Translations under genes and position numbers: made by a program
Source: Oscillospiraceae bacterium
Lineage (GTDB): Bacteria > Bacillota > Clostridia > Oscillospirales > Oscillospiraceae
Direction of reading: 5' to 3'
DNA: 32,000 bases
Assembly: GCA_020025275.1 (NCBI GenBank)
Contig: JAHHSI010000010.1
Span: forward strand, 28,572-60,571
Notes under the pieces: model-generated
What the model saw: only the letters and a program-made list of their open reading frames with translations
What the model was told of the DNA's origin: nothing
The model's database searches: none
Shown: positions 10,090 through 18,651 of the stretch, piece after piece
Numbering within the stretch: the stretch's first letter is position 1
Layout: each line of letters begins with the position of its first letter

Positions 10090-12165
10090 ATGAACTATTC
10101 AGTACAAAACATTCGTAACATCTGCCTGTTGGGCCATAGCGGCAGCGGTAAGACCGCACTGGCAGAGAGCCTTCTGTATATGACCGGTGCCATCAATCGC
10201 ATGGGTCGTGTAGCGGACGGAAATACAGTCTGTGACTACGATCCTGAGGAGATCAAGCGCCAGATCTCGATCTCCACGGCGGTTGCACCACTGGAATATA
10301 AGGGCTGCCGCATCAACGTGCTGGACACCCCGGGTGCTTTTGATTTTTCCGGCGAGGTCGTGGCTGCGCTGCGGGCCGCCGATGCCGCGGTGATCGTCTG
10401 CTCCGCCAAGGACGGCGTTTCCGTGGGCCTGGAGAAGGCGTGGAAATTCTGCGAGGAGCGGAATATGCCCCGCTTCGTCTATATCTCCAAGACGGACGAG
10501 GAGAACAGTGATTATAATGAGACCTTCAATGCCCTGCGTGAGCGCTTCGGCAAGAAGATCGCGCCGCTGGTGGTGCCCATCTGGGACGAGGAGAAGCACG
10601 TCACGGGGCTCATCGATGTGCTGAATAAGCGCGCCTATGAGATGCAGGATCTCAAGCGTGTGGAGATCGAGATCCCCGAGGACAAGGTGGACGTGGTCAG
10701 CGAATTTAATGATGCCCTCAAGGAGTCTGTGGCGGAAACCAGCGAGGAGTTTATGGAGAAGTTCTTCTCCGGTGAGGATTTCACCTATGCCGAAATGATT
10801 TCCGGTTTGCGCCAGGGCGTTCGCGAGCTGAGCCTGTTCCCGGTGCTGTGCGGTTCCGCCATCAACTGCATGGGTTCCCTGATGCTGATGGACAACATTG
10901 TGGACCTGCTGCCCAACCCGGTGGAGGGCAACTACCACAAGGCCATTCGTCAGGATGGCGAGAGCGAGGAATTCGTGGTCTCCCCCGGCGGCGTTCCCAC
11001 CGCATTCGTGTTCAAGACCATCTCCGACCAGTATGGCAAGTTCTCCTGTGTGAAGGTGCTCTCCGGCACGTTGACCTCGGATATGGCTATGGTCAATGCC
11101 CGTACCGGTGAGACGGAAAAGGTGGGCCGCCTGTACGTCATGCACGGCAAGAAGGCCGTGGAGGTCAAGGAACTGGACTGCGGCGAGATCGGCGCCATCG
11201 GCAAGATGGAGAAGGTCAAGACGGGCGACACCCTCTGCGATCCCCGCAAGGTGGTGGCCATGAAGCAGATCCCGTTTGCGGCTCCCTGCTACTCGGTAGC
11301 CATCTATCCCAAGACCCGCGGTCAGGACGACAAGATCGCACAGGGCCTATTCAAGTTGAATGAGGAAGATCCCACCTTTACACTGGTCAACAACAGCGAG
11401 ACGCATCAGATGGTCCTCTCCGCTGCCGGCGATATGCAGATCGATGTATTGGTCAGCAAACTCAAGACCCGCTTCAACGTGGAGTCGGAGCTGAAGACCG
11501 TCCGTGTGCCGTATCGTGAGAAGATCCGCAAGACCGTGCAGAAGCAGGGCCGCTATAAGAAGCAGACCGGCGGGTCCGGGCAGTTCGGTGATGTGTGGAT
11601 CCGCTTTGAACCCAATGCCGAGCAGGAGGAGATGGTCTTTGCTGAGGAGGTCTTTGGCGGTGCTGTGCCGAAGAACTACTTCCCTGCTGTGGAAAAGGGC
11701 CTGCGTGAGGCCTGCGCCCATGGCCCGCTGGCTGGGTATCCGTTGGTGAACCTGAAGGCCGTTTTGTATGATGGCTCCTATCACCCGGTGGACTCCTCCG
11801 AAATCGCCTTCAAGACGGCAGCACAGCTGGCGTACAAGGCGGCCCTGCCGGAGGCGAGCCCTGTGCTGCTGGAGCCGGTGGGCGAGGTCAAGGTCACGGT
11901 CCCCGACAACTACATGGGTGATGTACTGGGTGATCTGAACAAGCGCCGCGGCCGCGTCATGGGTATGGATCCCACGGAGGACGGCGGCCAGATCATTACC
12001 GCAGAGGTGCCCATGGCTGAGATGAGTACCTATGCCATCGATCTGCGGTCCATGACCCAGTCCCGCGGTACCTTTACCTTTGCCTTTGTCCGCTATGAGG
12101 AGTGCCCTGCTCCTGCACAGGAGAAGGCCATTGCCGAGGCCAAGGCACTGGCGGAGGCCGAATAA
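10090..12165 (+). CDS. Elongation factor G family GTPase (EF-G paralogue, not the canonical fusA)
   Basis: 691 aa from ATG 10090 (AAGGAG RBS at 10076..10081). The track start 9988 lies upstream of the predicted transcript body. G1 is GHSGSGKT (10132..10155), G3 is DTPGAFDF and the G4-equivalent is SKTD (10486..10497). EF-G domains II-V are recognisable (e.g. YHPVDSSEIAFKTAA in domain IV, MEPVGEV-type block LLEPVGEVKVTVPDNYMGDVLGDLNKRRGRV in domain V). It is not adjacent to rpsL/rpsG/tuf. Confidence 0.85.
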   Translation: MNYSVQNIRNICLLGHSGSGKTALAESLLYMTGAINRMGRVADGNTVCDYDPEEIKRQISISTAVAPLEYKGCRINVLDTPGAFDFSGEVVAALRAADAAVIVCSAKDGVSVGLEKAWKFCEERNMPRFVYISKTDEENSDYNETFNALRERFGKKIAPLVVPIWDEEKHVTGLIDVLNKRAYEMQDLKRVEIEIPEDKVDVVSEFNDALKESVAETSEEFMEKFFSGEDFTYAEMISGLRQGVRELSLFPVLCGSAINCMGSLMLMDNIVDLLPNPVEGNYHKAIRQDGESEEFVVSPGGVPTAFVFKTISDQYGKFSCVKVLSGTLTSDMAMVNARTGETEKVGRLYVMHGKKAVEVKELDCGEIGAIGKMEKVKTGDTLCDPRKVVAMKQIPFAAPCYSVAIYPKTRGQDDKIAQGLFKLNEEDPTFTLVNNSETHQMVLSAAGDMQIDVLVSKLKTRFNVESELKTVRVPYREKIRKTVQKQGRYKKQTGGSGQFGDVWIRFEPNAEQEEMVFAEEVFGGAVPKNYFPAVEKGLREACAHGPLAGYPLVNLKAVLYDGSYHPVDSSEIAFKTAAQLAYKAALPEASPVLLEPVGEVKVTVPDNYMGDVLGDLNKRRGRVMGMDPTEDGGQIITAEVPMAEMSTYAIDLRSMTQSRGTFTFAFVRYEECPAPAQEKAIAEAKALAEAE

Positions 12166-12185
12166 GAATAAGTATAGTGCATCAA

Positions 12186-12222
12186 ACACACCGGAGCGCC
12201 TGTGGTGCTCCGGTGTGTTTTT
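12186..12222 (+). terminator. Intrinsic terminator after the EF-G paralogue
   Basis: 12-bp stem acacaccggagc (12186..12197) / gctccggtgtgt (12207..12218), then TTTT. Confidence 0.85.
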
Positions 12223-12260
12223 GCTCGAAAAATTTTTTCAAAGAATTTTTGAAAAACCTC

Positions 12261-12289
12261 TTTACAAATGGGGAAGGCTATGGTAGTAT
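12261..12289 (+). promoter_or_regulatory. Sigma-A promoter with extended -10 for perR-rbr
   Basis: -35 TTTACA (12261..12266), 17-nt spacer ending in TGg, -10 TAGTAT (12284..12289). Confidence 0.5.
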
Positions 12290-12301
12290 ACAAATGCAAT
12301 C

Positions 12302-12314
12302 GATAATCATTAGC
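12302..12314. promoter_or_regulatory. Fur/PerR-box-like palindrome (probable PerR autoregulatory operator)
   Basis: GATAATCATTAGC. The core TAAT-C-ATTA is a perfect 4-1-4 palindrome and matches the Fur-family GATAATnATTATC half-site pattern with one mismatch. It sits just downstream of the predicted -10. Confidence 0.45.
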
Positions 12315-12333
12315 ATTAAGGACGGTGCAGCAC

Positions 12334-12723
12334 ATGGAAAAGTGCAAGAGGCACAGCCACAAGAGGGAGGCCATTTTAGAGTGCATCCGCTCGACGGACT
12401 GTCATCCGTCGGCAGAGTGGGTGTATGCACAGGTCAAGTCGGAAATCCCTAACATCTCCCTGGCAACGGTGTACCGCAATCTGGCTCAGTTCCGGGCCGA
12501 GGGCATGGTACGGGTTGTGGGTCATGTGGACGGGGAGGAACGGTATGACTGTGATCTCCACCCGCACGATCATTTTGTCTGTCGCTGCTGCGGTAAGATT
12601 ACCGATGTACCTTTTCACCGTGTTTCCGATGAGGATGTCACGGAAGAGGGCCGAGTGGACGGCTATGATGTCACCTTCTACGGCTGTTGTGAAGAATGCT
12701 TAAAAGAAGAAAAAATCATCTGA
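12334..12723 (+). CDS. perR: Fur-family peroxide-responsive repressor (PerR-like)
   Basis: Winged-helix region (REAILECIRSTDCHPSAEWVYAQVKSEIPNISLATVYRNLAQF), regulatory-site HPHDH, and two CxxC pairs (CRCCGK, CCEEC) for structural Zn. ATG 12334 is preferred over the track's GTG 12325, which sits 2 nt from the AAGGA RBS. The exact start is uncertain. The PerR versus Fur/Zur call rests on the adjacent rubrerythrin. Confidence 0.75.
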   Translation: MEKCKRHSHKREAILECIRSTDCHPSAEWVYAQVKSEIPNISLATVYRNLAQFRAEGMVRVVGHVDGEERYDCDLHPHDHFVCRCCGKITDVPFHRVSDEDVTEEGRVDGYDVTFYGCCEECLKEEKII

Positions 12724-12799
12724 GTGAACCAGCGCTTGACGGATATGGATCCGGAGGGCGTAAGAATTAACAAAAATTACTTTACTGGAGGAAAATGTC

Positions 12800-13369
12800 A
12801 TGAAAAAATGGGTATGTTCTGTCTGCGGTTATGTACACGAGGGCGCTACGGCTCCTGCTGAATGTCCTGTCTGCCACGTGAGCGGCGACAAGTTCGTGGA
12901 GCAGGCTGCTGAAAAGACCTGGGCTGCTGAGCACGTTGTCGGCGTGGGCAAGGCTTTCGGTGCTGATGTCCCTGCTGAGGTGCAGGAGGCCATCATCGGT
13001 GGTCTGCGCGCTAACTTTGAGGGCGAGTGCAGCGAGGTCGGTATGTATCTGGCGATGTCCCGTGTGGCTCACCGTGAGGGCTATCCCGAGATCGGCCTGT
13101 ACTGGGAGAAGGCCGCTCTGGAAGAGGCTGATCACGCTTCCCGTTTTGCCGAGATGCTGGGTGAGGTTGTGACCGATTCCACCGAGAAGAATCTGGCGAT
13201 GCGTGTTGATGCCGAGAACGGCGCTACTGCTGGTAAGTTCGAGCTGGCTAAGCTGGCTAAGCAGTACAATCTGGATGCGATCCACGATTCCGTCCACGAG
13301 ATGGCTCGTGACGAGGCTCGCCACGGCAAGGCTTTCGAGGGCCTGCTGAAGCGTTACTTCGGCAAGTAA
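12800..13369 (+). CDS. rbr: Reverse rubrerythrin (N-terminal rubredoxin-like FeS4 domain plus C-terminal diiron ferritin-like domain)
   Basis: [27 protein letters not shown] supplies two CxxC pairs at the N-terminus. Diiron ligand motifs follow: [16 protein letters not shown]-x-x-H as DEARHGKAF. The domain order is reversed relative to classical rubrerythrin. GGAGGA RBS is present. Strong GCT/GGT/CGT codon bias suggests high expression. Confidence 0.9.
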   Translation: MKKWVCSVCGYVHEGATAPAECPVCHVSGDKFVEQAAEKTWAAEHVVGVGKAFGADVPAEVQEAIIGGLRANFEGECSEVGMYLAMSRVAHREGYPEIGLYWEKAALEEADHASRFAEMLGEVVTDSTEKNLAMRVDAENGATAGKFELAKLAKQYNLDAIHDSVHEMARDEARHGKAFEGLLKRYFGK

Positions 13370-13386
13370 GCAAAGCAAATCGAAAA

Positions 13387-13418
13387 GGGGAAGCAGGGAA
13401 GCCTGCTTCCCCTTTTTT
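13387..13418 (+). terminator. Intrinsic terminator after rbr
   Basis: Stem ggggaagcagg (13387..13397) / cctgcttcccc (13402..13412), then TTTTTT (13413..13418). Confidence 0.9.
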
Positions 13419-13474
13419 CTGTGGAGAACAGCCATGGCGGGACGCTCGAAGATTCCGGCCGTGTATCTACCTTA

Positions 13475-13508
13475 TTAAAAAAGACACCTCCGAAGAGGTG
13501 TCTTTTTT
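13475..13508. terminator. Bidirectional intrinsic terminator (serves the minus-strand membrane-protein gene)
   Basis: Stem aagacacctc (13481..13490) / gaggtgtctt (13495..13504), loop cgaa, with an A-run on the left and a T-run on the right. Confidence 0.8.
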
Positions 13509-13522
13509 GCGGTCGAATGGGG

Positions 13523-14176
13523 TCATTGGGCGGCGGGATTGGATCCGTGCAGCAGAGGGACGGCTACCGTGCGGTTGAAAAAGTCAATGAGCGGTCCCAT
13601 GCAGAAGGCGGTGGCGATGGTGCCGACACCGATGATGGAGGGGACATCCCGCAGTGCACCGCCGCCCAGCAGGAAGAGGAGGCAGCCGCACACCACACAG
13701 GTCAAATCGGTGCAGATCCGGATGTACTTGAACTGGCCCCATTTCCATGTGTTGGTCATAATGAGGGCGACGGAGTCGTAGGAAGAGACGCCTAGATCGG
13801 CCGTAATGTATACGGAAGAGCCCAGACAGAGGATGGTGAAGCCAAAGAGAAAGGCGATTACACGGACAGCCATGGAGGCATCGGGGAACAGGCCCAGCAG
13901 GAACTCATGGGTAAATTCCGCCACATAACCTAAGAGAAAAAGGGAGACGAACGTGGTGACACCGATGTAATGGCGGTCAAAAAGGATGGTGAACACCAGC
14001 AGCACTGCGCTGAACAGCAGGAACATGGTGCCGTAATGGACCGGGATCACCTGATTGGCACCGCTGACAAGAGACTGGAAGGGGTCAACACCGAACGAGG
14101 CCAGCTTGAAAACGCCGACGCTGACGCCGACGATGAGCACGCCCGCGGCCGACATGAGACTTCTTTTCACTTTCAT
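13523..14176 (-). CDS. YczE/YyaS/YitT-family integral membrane protein
   Basis: 217 aa from ATG 14176 (AAGGAG RBS, complement of 14185..14190). The track start 14200 has no RBS. About six hydrophobic helices with an internally duplicated G-V-D/S-x-x-D/Q-S pattern (ASFGVDPFQSL, ADLGVSSYDSVAL), as in the B. subtilis YczE family. Function is unknown. Confidence 0.65.
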   Translation of the reverse strand: MKVKRSLMSAAGVLIVGVSVGVFKLASFGVDPFQSLVSGANQVIPVHYGTMFLLFSAVLLVFTILFDRHYIGVTTFVSLFLLGYVAEFTHEFLLGLFPDASMAVRVIAFLFGFTILCLGSSVYITADLGVSSYDSVALIMTNTWKWGQFKYIRICTDLTCVVCGCLLFLLGGGALRDVPSIIGVGTIATAFCMGPLIDFFNRTVAVPLLHGSNPAAQ

Positions 14177-14430
14177 ATAGGAAACTCCTTTGCAATGCAA
14201 TAAAATGGGGACAAAACGTATCCATTATATACAGGAAGAAATTGTTGTCAAGTTTCACTTTCGTTCGTTCGAAAGGGCGCGGTGGCTGTGCCGCCGGCCG
14301 CGGACAGCGTCTTATAGAGACGGACGAAGAATCGTTTTCTGAGATCGGGGCCGGGGAAGCGCAAGCGGGAGGGCAGGAACAGAGAAGGGGCGAAAAAACG
14401 ACCGCTGCGGCATAAAAACAGGGAAACACC

Positions 14431-14458
14431 TTGCTTTTTGGAATTTGATTGCTATAAT
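14431..14458 (+). promoter_or_regulatory. Sigma-A-type promoter for the FUSC-like gene
   Basis: -35 TTGCTT (14431..14436), 16-nt spacer, consensus -10 TATAAT (14453..14458). Confidence 0.5.
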
Positions 14459-14498
14459 GAAAAACAGTGTGTACTTTGCAGAGAAGAGGAGCAAGAGA

Positions 14499-15056
14499 AT
14501 GACAGAACCCCACCAGCACGAGAAAATCCACATCGGTATGCGTAATATCAAGACGGCCTGTTCGGCCACCCTGTGTGCGCTGTTGTACTACTTTTTGGAC
14601 CGGAATCCCACCTTTGCCTGTATCGGCGCCGTGTTCGGCATGGGCAACAATATGGCCAACTCCCGGCTCCACGGCGGCAATCGACTGCTGGGCACCATCA
14701 TCGGGGGCCTGCTGGGAATGCTCCTTTTTAGTATTTACATTCAGGTTTACCCTGATGGGGATAAGCATCTGTTGATGCTCCTGCTCCTTTTTGTGGGCAT
14801 CGTGCTGCTGATCCTGGCCGGGCAGCTGCTGCACTGGCCCGGTGCCATCCAGCCCGGCGGGGTGATGCTGTGCATCCTGCTGTTCAATCAGCCGGTGGAC
14901 ACCTATATTATCTACTCACTGAACCGGATTCTGGACACGGCGGTGGGCGTGCTGATGTCCCTGCTCATCAACCGCTTTTTCCCCCGGGAAAGAGTCGCTC
15001 GTTGGATGATTTGGCTCTGCGGCGGGCACTATGATGGTGTCGAGGCAGAAGGCTGA
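14499..15056 (+). CDS. FUSC/aromatic-acid-exporter (ArAE)-family membrane protein, short form
   Basis: 185 aa from ATG 14499 (GAGGAG RBS 14486..14491, 7-nt spacer). The N-terminal IHIGMRNIKTACSATLCALLYY signature resembles the YgaE/FUSC_2 family, followed by four to five TM helices. Confidence 0.6.
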   Translation: MTEPHQHEKIHIGMRNIKTACSATLCALLYYFLDRNPTFACIGAVFGMGNNMANSRLHGGNRLLGTIIGGLLGMLLFSIYIQVYPDGDKHLLMLLLLFVGIVLLILAGQLLHWPGAIQPGGVMLCILLFNQPVDTYIIYSLNRILDTAVGVLMSLLINRFFPRERVARWMIWLCGGHYDGVEAEG

Positions 15057-15162
15057 GACGATGGGCGGTGTGGCAAACACCCATGTGTTCCATGCCGGTC
15101 TCCTGCGCAGCGGCCAACAAGGCCCCGTACACACAAAGAAGACGGAAAAAAGAAAATAATCC

Positions 15163-15191
15163 TTGCAAAAGCAGCGGAAATGTGGTACATT
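15163..15191 (+). promoter_or_regulatory. Sigma-A promoter with extended -10 for the ABC importer operon
   Basis: -35 TTGCAA (15163..15168), 17-nt spacer ending in TGg, -10 TACATT (15186..15191). Confidence 0.45.
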
Positions 15192-15197
15192 TCTGCG

Positions 15198-15213
15198 TGT
15201 GATAACTTTCACA
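15198..15213. promoter_or_regulatory. Perfect TGTGA-N6-TCACA palindrome (Rex- or CRP/FNR-type operator)
   Basis: TGTGATAACTTTCACA, starting 7 nt after the predicted -10. With flanks (gTGTGATAACTTTCACAa, 15197..15214) it also fits the Gram-positive Rex consensus TTGTGAA-N4-TTCACAA at most defined positions. Confidence 0.5.
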
Positions 15214-15282
15214 AAGACAATTGAATAGGGCACACCATATTTCTATGTTGCCGCCGAAAGGGCGGCAAAGAAGGAGAAGACT

Positions 15283-16824
15283 ATGAAAAAAAGAATCCCT
15301 GCTCTTTTCCTGGCGTTGGTGATGATGGGCGCTGTACTCGCCGGTTGTGGAGACAGTAGCAGCCATCAGAACGCCGAAGGAAATCATGGCTACGAGAAGC
15401 GCGAGGCCGCCAACGAGATCGTGGTGGGCATCGCACAGGACCTGGAAGACAGTCTTGACCCGCACAAAAGTGCATCGGCAGGAACCAGAGAGGTCATGTT
15501 CAACGTTTATGAAGGATTGGTCAAACCCTCTCCCGATGGCGAATTGATCTACGCTGTGGCTGCTGACTGCACCGTCTCTGACGATGGCAGGACGTATACC
15601 TTCCCCCTGCGCGAGGGCGTGAAGTTCCACAACGGTGCATTGGTTACTGCGGAGGATGTGGTTTATTCCATCAACCGCTGCGCCGAAGCACCTGAGGGAG
15701 GAAAACCCCTTGTGCCGGCGCTTTCTGTTATTGAGGACATTTCTGCCCCCGATGACCGGACCGTAGTCATCAAAATCAAGGAGCCCAATCTGGAGTTCCT
15801 CACCTATCTGACGGTGGCCATCGTGCCCGCCAATGCGGAGGATCTGGCCACCCAGCCCGTGGGTACCGGTCCTTTTAAGTATATCTCCCGCTCTCCGCAA
15901 GAGAACATCGTTCTGGAGAAGTTCGATGAGTACTGGGGCGAGAGCGCCCAGCTGGATAAGGTGACCTATCAGATCTACGAGGATTCCACCGCACTGGTGA
16001 TGGCCCTCAAGGGCGGCAGTGTGGATCTGTGCGCCCACCTGACCAGTGCCCAGACCCAGCAGTTGGAGGACTTCCAGATCCTGGAGGGCACCATGAATCT
16101 GGTGCAGGCTGTGTACCTCAACCATCAGGCGGAGCCGTTTAACAATAAGGCGGTGCGTGAAGCGCTGTGCTATGCCATCGACCGGCAGGCCATCATGGAT
16201 TTTGTGGCCGATGGCCACGGAACGGCCCTGGGCAGCAGTATGTATCCGGCCCTGACCAAGTACTTTATGCCGGAGCTGACTGACTACTATTCCTACAATC
16301 CCCAAAAGGCCAAGGAGCTGCTGGCGCAGGCCGGCTATCCCGACGGGTTTGCGATGACCATTATGGTGGCATCCAACAATAAGCCCCATGTGGATACCTC
16401 CGAGGTGGTGGCCGAGCAGCTGCGCGCGGTGGGGATCAATGTAACCGTACAGCAGGTGGAGTGGCAGACCTGGTACGACGAGGCCTATAAGGGGCGCAAC
16501 TTCCAGGCTACGGTGGTGGGCTTGGACGCCCACAACATCACGGCCCGTGATATGCTGGAGCGCTTTACCTCCGACCACCCCAAGAACTTTATCAATTACA
16601 ACAATCCTAAGTATGATGAGCTGTTTGTACAGGCCATCAACGCCAAGGATGAGGCACAGCAGACGGCGCTCTATAAGGAGATGGAGACGCTGCTGACAGA
16701 GGACGCTGCCAACCTGTATATTCAGGATCTGTGCGATCTGGTGGCCATGCGCAAGAATCTGACGGGGCTGGAGTTCTACCCCACCTTTGTTATGGATCTC
16801 TCCACTGTTCACTATACCAAGTAA
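15283..16824 (+). CDS. ABC transporter substrate-binding lipoprotein, family 5 (peptide/nickel type)
   Basis: 513 aa. Lipoprotein signal MKKRIPALFLALVMMGAVLAGC with a lipobox Cys22. SBP_bac_5-like body (VVGIAQDLEDSLDPH, VKFHNGALVTAEDVVYS, NPKYDELF). GAAGGAG RBS. Confidence 0.9.
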   Translation: MKKRIPALFLALVMMGAVLAGCGDSSSHQNAEGNHGYEKREAANEIVVGIAQDLEDSLDPHKSASAGTREVMFNVYEGLVKPSPDGELIYAVAADCTVSDDGRTYTFPLREGVKFHNGALVTAEDVVYSINRCAEAPEGGKPLVPALSVIEDISAPDDRTVVIKIKEPNLEFLTYLTVAIVPANAEDLATQPVGTGPFKYISRSPQENIVLEKFDEYWGESAQLDKVTYQIYEDSTALVMALKGGSVDLCAHLTSAQTQQLEDFQILEGTMNLVQAVYLNHQAEPFNNKAVREALCYAIDRQAIMDFVADGHGTALGSSMYPALTKYFMPELTDYYSYNPQKAKELLAQAGYPDGFAMTIMVASNNKPHVDTSEVVAEQLRAVGINVTVQQVEWQTWYDEAYKGRNFQATVVGLDAHNITARDMLERFTSDHPKNFINYNNPKYDELFVQAINAKDEAQQTALYKEMETLLTEDAANLYIQDLCDLVAMRKNLTGLEFYPTFVMDLSTVHYTK

Positions 16825-16870
16825 CGAATACGATACGCGGCCGCAGGCCGTAGAGAAAGAGGCGATCAGC

Positions 16871-17809
16871 ATGAAAAATGCAGCGAAGAAATTAGGGATG
16901 ATGCTGCTGACCATGCTGATCGTCTCTTTTCTGGCGTTTTTGGCCTTTCAGGTGATTACCGGCGACCCTACCAACACGCTGCTGGGCAGCGAGGCAACGC
17001 CGGAGCGCGTGGAGGCCCTGCGGGAAGAGCTGGGGCTCAACCGCCCCTTCTTCGTGCGCTATTTTGACTGGATCATCCACTTTGTCCAGGGTGATTTCGG
17101 CAAGTCCTACAGCTACAGTATGCCGGTTTCGGAGATGATCTCCGGCAAGATCGGCATTACACTGCTGCTGACGGCGCTGTCGTTTTTGCTCATCACGGTG
17201 ATCTCTGTGCCGCTGGGGATCCTGTGCGCCGATCGGCGCGGCTGGATCGACCGGTTTTTCAATGTGCTGGGGCAGATCACCATGTCCGTGCCCCCGTTTT
17301 TTGTGGGCATTTTGCTGACCTTTGTGTTCGGCATCACGCTCCACTGGTTCGAGCCGGGCAGCTTTGTGAATCCGGCGGAGGATTTTTGGGGCAGTGTCCA
17401 CTACCTGCTCTATCCGGCCATTGCCATTGCCCTGCCCCGGATCGCCATGACGCTGAAAATGCTGCGCAGCGGCATTCTGGGAGAAATGCACAAGGACTAT
17501 GTCCGCACCTCCTACAGCCGGGGCAACAGCCGCCGGGTGACGCTGTACCGCCATGTGCTGCGCAATGCGGTGGTGCCCACGGTGGCATTTCTGGCCATGA
17601 CCATCGCCGATACGGTGGCGGGCAGCGTGGTGGTGGAGCAGGTATTTGCTATTCCCGGTCTGGGCCGGCTGCTGCTCAGTTCCATCTCCAACCGGGACTA
17701 TCCGGTGGTGCAGGCCATCATTGTGCTGATGGCCTTTTGGGTCGTACTGGTGAACTTCGCGGCAGATCTCATCAACCAGCGGCTGGACCCTCGGCTGCGT
17801 CTGCGGTGA
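16871..17809 (+). CDS. ABC transporter permease (DppB/OppB/NikB type)
   Basis: 312 aa from ATG 16871. The track start 16787 overlaps the SBP gene. N-terminal LIVSFLAFLAFQVITGDP signature and the EAA-loop region YVRTSYSRGNSRRVTLYRHVLRNA. Confidence 0.9.
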   Translation: MKNAAKKLGMMLLTMLIVSFLAFLAFQVITGDPTNTLLGSEATPERVEALREELGLNRPFFVRYFDWIIHFVQGDFGKSYSYSMPVSEMISGKIGITLLLTALSFLLITVISVPLGILCADRRGWIDRFFNVLGQITMSVPPFFVGILLTFVFGITLHWFEPGSFVNPAEDFWGSVHYLLYPAIAIALPRIAMTLKMLRSGILGEMHKDYVRTSYSRGNSRRVTLYRHVLRNAVVPTVAFLAMTIADTVAGSVVVEQVFAIPGLGRLLLSSISNRDYPVVQAIIVLMAFWVVLVNFAADLINQRLDPRLRLR

Positions 17810-17821
17810 GGAGGGGGAAAA

Positions 17822-18646
17822 ATGGGTAAAAAGAAGTACAACGCCTACCTGCAGGTGGGCATGATCCTGACCGCTGTTGTCACGCTGGTGGCCGTGGTGG
17901 GCTGTGTGTGGACGCCTTGGGATCCCTCTGCCATGAATGCTGCCGCCGTTTATGAGGCACCGTCGTGGCACCATCTCTTCGGTACGGACAACTTTGGACG
18001 AGACATTTTCAGCCGTGTTATGAAGGGACTGTCCACCACATACTCCGTCTCGCTATGTACGGTGGCCGTCGGTGCCGCCGTGGGCGTGGCACTGGGGGCG
18101 CTGACCGGCTATTTCGGCGGCGTGGTGGACGACGTGCTGATGCGTGTCAATGATGCCCTGACGGCGTTTCCCAGTATTTTGTTGGCACTGGTGTTCATTT
18201 CGATTTTGGGGTTTGGCAAATATAATGTGATTTTGTCGCTCTCGGTGGCTTTTATTCCCGGCTATGTCCGGGTGGTGCGCAGTGAGTTTGCCCGCCATCG
18301 GGAAATGAACTATGTAAAGAGCGCCCAGCTCATGGGCGCCGGACACGCCCGCATTATTTTTCTGCATATTCTGCCCAATACCCGTGCGGTGATTTTGCCC
18401 ACGCTGGTCATTGGCATCAATAACGCCGTGCTGGCCGAGGCCAGTATGAGCTATCTGGGCATCGGCGTCCGTTCTCCGGATGTGTCGCTGGGCTATATGC
18501 TTTCCGAGTCCCAGAGCTATATGAGCTCCGCACCGTGGTATGTCCTGTGTACCGGACTGACCATCGTGCTGCTGATTTTGGGCTTCAGCCTTCTGGGCGA
18601 GGGCCTTCTGGACGCACAGCAGCACCGCCGGCGGAAGAGAAGGTGA
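17822..18646 (+). CDS. ABC transporter permease (DppC/OppC/NikC type)
   Basis: 274 aa. The HLFGTDNFGRDIFSRV motif is typical of OppC/DppC N-termini. EAA region YVKSAQLMGAGHARIIFLHILPN. GGAGGGGG RBS. Confidence 0.9.
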   Translation: MGKKKYNAYLQVGMILTAVVTLVAVVGCVWTPWDPSAMNAAAVYEAPSWHHLFGTDNFGRDIFSRVMKGLSTTYSVSLCTVAVGAAVGVALGALTGYFGGVVDDVLMRVNDALTAFPSILLALVFISILGFGKYNVILSLSVAFIPGYVRVVRSEFARHREMNYVKSAQLMGAGHARIIFLHILPNTRAVILPTLVIGINNAVLAEASMSYLGIGVRSPDVSLGYMLSESQSYMSSAPWYVLCTGLTIVLLILGFSLLGEGLLDAQQHRRRKRR

Positions 18647-18651
18647 GCGCC

